DNA of 63,273 nucleotides, filler included, from Reticulomyxa filosa (lineage: Eukaryota; Protista; Foraminifera): NCBI GenBank assembly GCA_000512085.1. It is 16 parts of 16 records of this genome, joined end to end, with 100 filler letters (N's around TTAATTAATTAA, not from the genome) between each part and the next. Parts side by side here need not be neighbours in the genome. Positions count along the whole stretch, not along the records: positions 38,046 to 41,771 come from ASPP01003209.1; positions 41,872 to 43,367 come from ASPP01007122.1; positions 43,468 to 48,023 come from ASPP01025423.1; positions 48,124 to 60,297 come from ASPP01012253.1; 12 more parts are not named here. One strand, given 5' to 3'. Below the pieces are notes generated by a model, which was not told where the DNA came from, made no database searches, and saw only the letters and a program-made list of their open reading frames with translations. This document shows positions 39,766-48,535 of the stretch, piece after piece (the first letter of the stretch is position 1; each line of letters starts with the position of its first letter). The position numbers and the translations under genes are program-made.

Positions 39766-39938
39766 CTTATACATACACCTTGTTTGGATACTTGTTTCAA
39801 ATAGATCTTGAACAGTGTACCTTTCTATTTCATACTTACAAATGTAGTTCAAGAGAATAAATTTTAAGCTTTTTTTTTGCAATAGAATAATTTATTTCTC
39901 TTTATTACAGTCTTTTTTTATTTAGACTTTCTTTCGTT

Positions 39939-39977
39939 TCAATTTTTGTTTTACTTTCTGGGCCGAGACAAAAAGTA
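39939..39977 (+). repeat. ~40-bp element repeated at 40847-40887 (candidate promoter element)
   Basis: TCAATTTTT(T)GTTTTACTTTCTGGGCCGA(G/T)ACAAAAA(A)GTA occurs at both sites in the same orientation. The promoter role is inference. Confidence 0.85.
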
Positions 39978-39990
39978 ATAATAAGATCAA

Positions 39991-40145
39991 ACATCTTCGC
40001 TTTTGTTCGCTGGCTCGACCCTTGTCGTAATTGCGCCCTCTACATACAGCCGGATATAATCCGCACACATCGTATAAGTCGGAGTGCTCATGTATGAAAC
40101 ATTCTACCTTTGAAAGCTTGTTACTCAAGGACAGCAAAAAGATGC
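39991..40145 (+). ncRNA. Candidate structured small RNA, antisense to the 5' end of the 41255 gene
   Basis: GC-richer island closed by CATCTT/AAGATG, with nested CCTTG/CAAGG and CATACA/TGTATG stems and a T-run after it. 40052-40081 is 28/30 reverse-complementary to 41270-41299. Confidence 0.3.
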
Positions 40146-40250
40146 TTTATTTTTTTATTTCATTGCTTTGCTATTGATAACAATCAATTAAAAGTTTGGC
40201 AAGTTAATAATAATAAAAAATTTTCGAAAATAATAACAATAAGTTTTCAC

Positions 40251-40371
40251 GCGGAATGGGCGAGATTTGAACTCACAACCAGATAGCCGTATGGCTTGTC
40301 GGTTCATCTAACAACAAATCGCAAGAACCACCACCACACGACTAAATGCTCTGTTTGAGCTACCAAACCGC
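40251..40371 (-). ncRNA. tRNA-like RNA gene with the anticodon arm replaced by a long hairpin (not a canonical tRNA)
   Basis: GCGGTTTGG-TA-GCTC AAACA GAGC-A-[~65-nt arm]-TGGTT-GTGAG TTCAAAT CTCGC-CCATTCCGC. D stem, T arm (box B) and closing stem are present; no anticodon loop. Confidence 0.7.
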
Positions 40372-41254
40372 TGAAATCTGAGCATATATATTATTTCACA
40401 TGTTTGGGATATCTTCATTTTCACAATCATAATAATAATTCTGTACAATTAAAAAAAATTCTTTTTTTAAGTCAAACAAATAAATTGATATCTTGTTTAA
40501 TGTTTAATTATGTTTTTCTTGTTCTTTTTCTTTTTTACCTTATTTACTTGGCAAATTACGAACCTCTGCCCACAGAAAAGGTTTTTTGTTTTGTGAAATG
40601 ATTAAAAAGTTTCCAAAAAAATTGAATGGAAAATAAAAATAATCATTCATACTTTTTTTATGTGAGATATACACTAACAGCACTATTCCAATATCAAACA
40701 CTGCAACTATTAATTGTTCTGGAAGTCACAATACGTCTGCACTTACTTCCACACAATCACCTAAATCGTAACTTTTATTACAATCACTAGGAGATCAACT
40801 AATTTTGCAATCACTTTAATACAAGTCTTCAATAGTTTACTCGTAGTCAATTTTTTGTTTTACTTTCTGGGCCGATACAAAAAAGTATATAATTATGATT
40901 TAGGTTTTACAGAACCAAAATAAAAAAACCGTATTCTTTGATGAACAAACATGATAGAAGAAACGAACGTTTACGTGATCTTTTGGGCTGAACAGTTAGA
41001 ACTTGACAAAAAAAAAATATTGCCTGTGTGAAAGAAGAGGCTTGAACAATGGTAACAAACCCCAAATGGAAGTCTGTAAACTGGCCTCAACAAACACATA
41101 CAATGCATGAATTATTGAATATCAAAATTTTACAAAAACATTATTTTCGTCATATTGTCGATCCAAACATTTGCAAGAATCTCCGCAATAGCTTCAAATT
41201 GAATTGAAACTGCTTACTAGTTCAGTCTATCTATCGACAATTTCGACATCATAC

Positions 41255-41680
41255 ATGAATAATCATTTGCGACTTATACGGTGTGTGCGGACTATATCCA
41301 CATCACTCATGCGTGCTCGACGCATCGACAAGTGTTTGTCGCCATCAATGAACGAATCATCTTAGTACTTACTCCCGATGTGCAAGATTGCAAATTAAAT
41401 GTCATTTACAACATCAACATTCGATCCACCATCTTTGCCATGGACAGAATGATGCCCGAGCCCATCTTGAGCGTGCATAAATCCCGGCATGAAATGGAGA
41501 CAGACAGCGTGGATGTGGACATGCAAATGGAAATGACGAGGAGAGACGCTTGAGAAGCGGATGGAGCTCGTTCCTTATTGTCAGTGAACGGGATAACAAT
41601 CACATTACCATATGGGCCATTTCCCCAACTGGAGGATTTGAACCAAAAAAAACATTTGTTTGTTTTGACTCCAAGTTAAA
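41255..41680 (+). pseudogene. N-terminus of a DDB1/RSE1(SF3B3)/CPSF1-type beta-propeller protein; two apparent frameshifts
   Basis: QVFVAINERIILVLTPDVQDCKLNVIYNINIRSTIFAM, then in another frame SFLIVSERDNNHITIWAISPTGGFEP, parallel the SF3B3 N-terminus as I recall it (EIVVSRGKILELLRPDPNTGKV...). Could be an intact gene with sequencing errors. Confidence 0.55.
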
Positions 41681-41889
41681 TTTATTATTATTATCATTTT
41701 ATTATCAAACAATGGAATAAATACGTATAGTAGCAATGCCAGCGCTAACGCAAATTTTGGCAACAATAATANNNNNNNNNNNNNNNNNNNNNNNNNNNNN
41801 NNNNNNNNNNNNNNNTTAATTAATTAANNNNNNNNNNNNNNNNNNNNNNNNNNNNNNNNNNNNNNNNNNNNCAATGAGTGTGCACAATC

Positions 41890-42357
41890 GTCGACACAGA
41901 CACAAACACACATACCCAAACAGGCCATTCTTCGAGATCTCGCTTCAATCGGGTGTAGAAACCATTCTATTTACGGTCCATTTTTTGTTTTGTTTCAAAA
42001 AAAAAAAAGGGGGATGCGAATTATTGAGGCTTTTACATTTTTTTTTTTTGGCAGGGATAAAAAAAAAAAAAAAAAGAAACTCAACGAATATCATCTGAGC
42101 TGCGGAAATCACAGATTGATCACTATTTAAAAATCACATACACATTGTTTCTTTTTGCTTTTGTTTTGTTTTTTTTTCACTCCGCAGATTACTCACATTT
42201 GCAGCATGAGCCCCGCTTCACAGATCAGTTGACCAGCAAATAAATGCATCTTCGTCTCGTCGTCCAGGGTTATATAGCGCCGTGTAGGCTGAAGAGCGGC
42301 CGTTGGATCAACAGGCTCTTGTTCTGAATGTGATTCTTTTTCTGTTATATCTGTCAT
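41890..42357 (-). CDS. Cyclin L/K/T-type transcriptional cyclin, 5' exons (not in the ORF track)
   Basis: Three exons splice to MTDITEK...LDDETKMHLFAGQLICEAGLMLQI|DQSVISAAQMIF|NGFYTRLKRDLEEWPVW, matching cyclin L helices 1-2 ([30 protein letters not shown]). Confidence 0.75.
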
Positions 42358-42836
42358 TCTTGATGCTCCAACTCAAGAATTAATGTCAAATAATCAAAAA
42401 TTTGTATCCCCCTTAGCGCTTGAAGAAAGTTCCTCATCACTCTTCCACTGCAAACGTTTTTTAAATTTTCATTTCTGTTCATTTAATGCAGTAAAGTTAT
42501 AATCATTTGTTTACACATCCAAAGATTTTAGTAAATTTTACTCGTCAAAGCCAAGGAACAATATGCACATTTTTGTGTTTTACCTTCTTCATTTGGCGAG
42601 ATTATTTTTACAAGTAGCCATTGTAACTATCGTGGCCGCATGGTGAATTTTCAAATGCAATAATCAGGAAGAAGTTTCTCGTAGACTTGCGAGAAAAAAA
42701 GTGTGAAAAACGAAGAACAAAAAAGAAGGAAACAACTCTCGTTATAACTGTCCAAAAACTAGAAAGACATTCTATAGCTAGTTGGAGCATCAACAGTGGC
42801 GCATAGAGCTTTTCCTTGCTTTTGAGTTAGATTTTG

Positions 42837-43200
42837 ATGCATAAAAATATAGTATATGCGAATCTAGTGTTGGTATACTGTTTAAACTGGTGCGTCTCAG
42901 TTCCATTGATATTATTTTCATGGTGGAGATATGAAAAGTTTAGGGCACAAATGCCCATACAAAAAAGGAATCCCAAGATAGTACGAGGAATATTAGTTTC
43001 AATACTGTTGTTGTTAGCAGTAGCAAATACTCTTGTAATGTTAGCGCCAACCCTTGACGCTTTGGGTTACAAGGAATCGACATCACTTCGAATTACCGAC
43101 AGCATTGCAAACGTACTGTACACATGCTTTTTGTATTCATTCTTGTGTCTGTCTTCGTGGAGATCTTGGATGAATTTTTATACAGTTTTTCATGTTTATT
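42837..43200 (+). CDS. Multi-pass membrane protein N-terminus (possibly 7TM-RGS-like), partial
   Basis: Three hydrophobic segments with an IQKRNP loop after TM1. The family call is tentative. Confidence 0.45.
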
Positions 43201-43467
43201 TATTCATTTATTTGTGTATCTTGTCTCTCTTTCTTTCTGTCAAAGTCTGCATGCAAACATAATGTTTCATGTTATCACACATTCTCAAAAAATACGTATA
43301 CAATCTGTGTACGTGTGCATGCACATTACTTTTTTTTTTTTTTTGAAAGGTAAATCTGACGAAAGATNNNNNNNNNNNNNNNNNNNNNNNNNNNNNNNNN
43401 NNNNNNNNNNNTTAATTAATTAANNNNNNNNNNNNNNNNNNNNNNNNNNNNNNNNNNNNNNNNNNNN

Positions 43468-43958
43468 TCTTTCATTTCCTTTGATGAAAAGAAATAAACA
43501 AGTAAACATTGTGTGTTAAACCTATTAGTGTCACGAGAATAACAAATTTTTTCCAATTTGAGTCTTGTTTCATAAAAAATTCTATTACATTGTTCCCATA
43601 TATTTAAAATCTCTGTTTTGTTCACTTGATTATCAAAATCTACCAATAACGAGAGTAAAGGCTTTTGATTTTGGGAGGATATTCTATTTATTGAAAGAAC
43701 AAAGTTGATACACTCCAGAGAAAAGATAATTGGACATGTAGATTTAATGGTCAACCTATTGTCATTGATACAGTGCAATATTTCATTTGTTTTGTTAATA
43801 TCTTCGTCACAAGAGTTCCATGCTTGTAAAATGGTTTCTTCCATAATACCAGGAAAATTCTGTTGGAGTAGCCATATATTATTGTCTCTTGTTTGCTTTG
43901 AGATCTTACCGTCTCCTATTTGCTCTGAGACCTTACCCCGCTTGTATTTTGAAGTCAT
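43468..43958 (-). CDS. Lineage-specific helical-repeat (CUE/UBA-like) protein, partial
   Basis: LLQQNFPGIMEETILQAW...DINKTNEIL resembles a CUE domain. A possible relative is the relic at 389-583. Confidence 0.4.
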
Positions 43959-44231
43959 TTACAATTAACAAAAAAAGAGTATTACGGGGGACACGTTAAT
44001 TAAAGAAGTTTACTACCTCTCCTTTTGTCAGAACCTTGATTTAGCATTATGTCACAGTTTTGCAATTTGTAATTTTTGTTGCAAAGCTAAAATACAGATT
44101 TAGAAGATTTTTTTCAAATTACTGTTAACAAAACTCTTTTTTGTCAAATTTAGCACATAAAGAAATACTTTCATTTCTTTTAGAATATTTTCACCACGAC
44201 AAAAAATACGTTTATTATTTATTGTTATGAA

Positions 44232-44555
44232 ATGGAATCATTTAAAGATTTTCCTAAAATTTTTATTATGAGTCACCAATTGATATTTTTTTTATCACTT
44301 GTTACTAATATGTTTCCATTTTCTCTACAAACAATTATAATCAATCCATCATATTTATTAGTGTTATTTCGAAGTTTAAAATTAATTTTTATTTTATCTA
44401 TAAATTCATTAAAATTTTTTTTGTCATTTTTGGTGATAGATTACATAATTTCATAATTTAATTCTTGTTCAAATAATTGTTTAAAATTTTCTTTTACATT
44501 TTTAAGATTGTTCCATGTATTATTATCATCATACTCACTAATAGCAATTATTACG
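44232..44555. pseudogene. Rearranged caspase-like relic
   Basis: Plus-strand MESFKDFPKIFI abuts minus-strand ...KYDGLIIIVCRENGNILVTSDKK. Similar to 7100-7360. Confidence 0.7.
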
Positions 44556-44692
44556 TGCATAAAATTGTTTATGTAATATTTTATTTCAAAAAAAAATAAT
44601 TGTTAAAGTAGTTTTAACAAGCCTTTCATATTCCAAGTTTTAAATCTTGCATTATCATCTAAAAGAGAATTGAACATTTTCTTTTACTGAGT

Positions 44693-46621
44693 TCATTCAG
44701 ATTGAAAGACAATGTCATACTCGGTTGTATCTTCAATTTGCACACAGTACCATTCACCACCCTTGCTTTGACGAAGTTGTTTTCGAACCATTTTTATCAT
44801 ATGATACAAAGAATAACAATTTTTGTACATTGATAATATTGTATTTGTCATACAGCTGCTAAATAATGAAAAATTAGCTACTTTATGTCCTTTTGTAGTT
44901 GACCAAATTGTTAAAAATCCATCATCATTATGTCCATAATATGTTTTATTTTCTTGTTTCCCTTTCCATTCTATTGGATATGATTTTGGAATTGCTTGAC
45001 CACGACAAGCATCAATAATAAATATTTTAGGATAATCTTGTAAAGATTGCATTTCATTACAGTCAAATAAAGTCTTTAGTTTACCAATTGATATATATTC
45101 TCCATCACTTGTTATCAATACATCTCATCATCACCATGTCCTGATATTATCATTATTAATGCATCATATTTGTTTGAATTTTTATATAATTGTTGTTCAA
45201 CAATTATATTGGTTAAAAATTCATTGATGTCATTTTTGTTCATTTTTGGATTGTCATTGCATATAAACTTATACTTTAATTCTTTTTGAAATAGTTTTTG
45301 AAAATTAGTAATATCATTATTTTTGACATTTTTAAGATTTATCCATCCTGTATCTTCCATATATTCACTAATTGCAATCATTATCACCAATGCATTTTTT
45401 ATTGTTTTTGTTTTTTCAAATATTATCTGCTGTTGCAATGAAGTCCAAATGATTTTAAAAGATGGATCATCACTTAATAATATCTCCTTCACAGATTCAT
45501 CTGTTCCAATAATATTCTTGTTCATATCAGCCAATTCAAGTTTTAAATTTTCATTTCTCATTTTTTGGAAATCACTCCATTCCAAACAATTATAACTCTG
45601 ACGAAGAAGTTCTTCAAATGTCAATTCTTTCATTTCTATCTGTTTCATTCGTTCTTCCACTTTGATATCATCTTTAGAATCTTCAGATTCCAAATAGATC
45701 CTGCATGATACAACACTTTCGTGGGAAGTGTCCATCTCGTTTAAAGATAGAGTCCGTTCCTCCACTACCAATTTTAGTTCAGAGCCAGTTTTTTTAAACA
45801 CTCGAATCATCTTTTTTTTTTTTTTATCATGTTATGTTTTTCTATCTCCCATTGATAAAACACATCATACCAAACTTTATTTACACTGTCATTTAATTTC
45901 AAAATGTAATAGCACAGGTTTTCCTTTTTCTGCAGTTCTTGTAAAACTGCTTTATGATCTCGTCGCGTATCATTCGGATAACTGTCTTCAACACCATCGT
46001 GATACATCCGATTATGAGGTGGAGCACTGACCTTTTTAATTTTGTTTATTTGACATCTTTTCTCAAATTATTTTTTTTTTTGGAGTCACTTCTTTTCTCC
46101 CTTTTAACTTAACAAATAAAGTTTTTTTAAAATAAAGAAACTCAACAATATGATGCAAAAGTTTGATTGATGCTAACCATCGAAGTTTTGTACATTCATG
46201 CAATCCACCTATGACATCTCTACATGCACCATCACCTCCTGTTGCTTTTATTTTTTCCAAAAATTGCTTAAACGCATTAATGTCTTCCGTAAAGTCCAGA
46301 ATTTCAAATGGAGGCGTATCATTGTAATCCCTTGATGTTATTTGTATTCTTTCTTTGAAAAAAAGAATTGAGAAAAATATACATACATATATGTACATAT
46401 ATACCTGTAACCAACAAATGCTAGTCTTATTTTGACGAAAGAATGACTCTCTAAAATTTCATCAACTATTTTTTGAATGTCGTTCTTGCATTTATTTATC
46501 CAACCGGACATTGAACCTGTAATTGATAATCACAAGGAAAGTTCTTCAATATAATCTATTTTTCATCTTTTTTTTTCTTACGTGCGCAATCCATAGCAAA
46601 GCACAAATCAATCAACATGTC
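44693..46621 (-). CDS. vWA domain fused to caspase-like (C14) protease; one frameshift at ~45120
   Basis: vWA: DLCFAMDC..SM, RLAFVGYRDY, ATGGDG, APPH. Caspase: ALVIMIAISEY, IISGHG, PKIFIIDACRG. Four GT-AG introns give a continuous frame up to the lesion. May be a pseudogene. Confidence 0.75.
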
Positions 46622-47274
46622 CTTTTTTTTTTTGAGATTTTCAATTGACAAGAACAAATTAAAGGGATAGACCCTTGTTATAGCGTACTTAATTTATAGA
46701 ATAAAGAGTAAAAATATCAATACAAGCACATGTTTATATTCATGCGATTTTTGAAGCTAAAACAAAGATGCCTTTTATTGAAAGGAATTGATGAAGCATC
46801 AAAGTTCACATTGCAGAAATTATAACGTGAGCGAGTAAAGTAAAGTACGAAATATGCAACAAGTTCGCTCTTCGAAGATAATTGAAAAAATGATTAAACG
46901 CATTATGTTTAATAAATTCCACATTGATGTATTTTTTGCTTAAATAGATCTTTCACAACAGAACAAAGAGAAAGTAAAAATTTCTATCATTAATATAATA
47001 CTATTTATGCATTTTTTAATGATAAAGATCAAAGTGGCAATTTACCTATTTATTATTTATTAAACAACAAATTTCTAACACAAATATTAAAAATTATTTT
47101 TTTAAAAAGTGTCATACATGTGCTTATTTTTGTGGACATACATGTATATGTATATATTAAAAATTATAATATTATGTTTATTTAGAAAATATTATTTTTC
47201 AAATCAATTTCAGTTCGTTAATATGTATATTTTTTTTTTCAATATAGACATGAATTACATTTTAAACATGATTT

Positions 47275-47560
47275 TTATTGTACATACATAACACTTTTTT
47301 TAAAGTTTTTAAATTTGAGAAACAATGAACAAATACACAAGCAATAAATGCAAACGATGAATGTCTGAATTTGTTTGTTGTTATCAACATCACATTCATG
47401 AATTGTTTGATTATATGATCCAGAACAAATGAATGAACAATCATCAAATGTTAAATAATCAATATTATACACCATGCTTGTATGTCCAGTGAATATTTTA
47501 AGCAATTTAAAAGAACATACTAATTCAAAATTGAAGGCTAATAATTGATTTTGATGAATG
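47275..47560 (-). pseudogene. WD40 family relic
   Basis: FKLLKIFTGHTSMVYNIDY...FICSGSYNQTIHECDVDNNKQIQ: one decayed repeat, then homology ends. Confidence 0.7.
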
Positions 47561-48237
47561 GCCATTAATAATATTTTCTTTTTGTTCTTCTTTATTTCAT
47601 TTATCTGTTTTTTTTTCTTCAAAATTTTTTGCTCTATTATTTGTTGTTTGCAAATCAAACAAATAAATGGGAAAATTTTACAAAAATCAACACTATTTGA
47701 AAAAAGGTCATTTCACAAATTGTTTTTACTTTTAAAATTAAAAGAGATAATATATTCTAAATGCTGAAATCATGTGATAAGAAGACAAAACATTTATTGT
47801 TAAAGATGAAAGCAAAAACAATCCTTATTTGTAAATTTCATGTAAAAAATGAATACAGCTTATTTTCCTTGTTTACATAGTTTTGTTTTCTTACTACAAA
47901 CGAAATAACAAAATATAATTGGAAAAAGAAACACATTGAATTCAAACAAGGTAAATCAATGGATATAAACATTGTTCAATTTAATGATATACAATATATT
48001 TATGTAACTTTTTATATTTTTTTNNNNNNNNNNNNNNNNNNNNNNNNNNNNNNNNNNNNNNNNNNNNTTAATTAATTAANNNNNNNNNNNNNNNNNNNNN
48101 NNNNNNNNNNNNNNNNNNNNNNNTTTTTACCCCCCCCCCCCCCATCCCCCTTTTTAAAAAATCCTTTGACAAAGGAGGAGGGGTCGGTTTAGGAGAGGCT
48201 CACATAAAAAAAAAAATTTGATAAAATAAATAAAAAG

Positions 48238-48535
48238 ATATTTCAAGAAGACACAAATGATATTGTTCATGAACAAAGCCGATTTGTTTGAAGACAAGAT
48301 TAAAACTAAGGAGTTGACGGTATGGGACGAAAACTATAAAGGCACACCAAACAGTTATGAAGAAGGACTTGAGTACATTCGAGAAAGATTTAAAGCACAA
48401 AATGAAAGCGACGAAGAGAAAACCATTTACTCACACGTTACTACGGCAACGAATCGGGAGAACGTCCAGAAAGTTTTTTACGATGTCCAACACGGAATTG
48501 TAATTAGAGCATTGGCTATTAACGGACTTATTTGA
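48238..48535 (+). CDS. Heterotrimeric G-protein alpha subunit, last exon
   Basis: MILFMNKADLFEDKI (G4), IYSHVTTATNRENVQKVF (G5), C-terminal NGLI*. Confidence 0.93.

Noticed and set aside
39940-39990. U2-like snRNA or Sm-site RNA (AATTTTTG, TAAGATCAA)
   Set aside because: No GTGTAGTA branch-pairing sequence, no U5 loop or U4/U1 hallmarks, and no similarity upstream of the two copies.
39991-40145. Telomerase RNA, 5S rRNA, SRP RNA or RNase P/MRP
   Set aside because: No recognisable telomere template, 5S boxes, SRP helix 8 or P4 consensus.
40251-40371. Functional intron-containing tRNA-His(GUG)
   Set aside because: GTG falls at 34-36, but 33 is C and 37 is T, the anticodon stem has two mismatches, there is no splice-site bulge or D-loop GG, and the acceptor stem has two U:U pairs.
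48130-48200. C-tract/G-rich segment as a telomeric or functional G-quadruplex element
   Set aside because: Irregular homopolymer in an intron at a contig edge, where sequence quality is doubtful.
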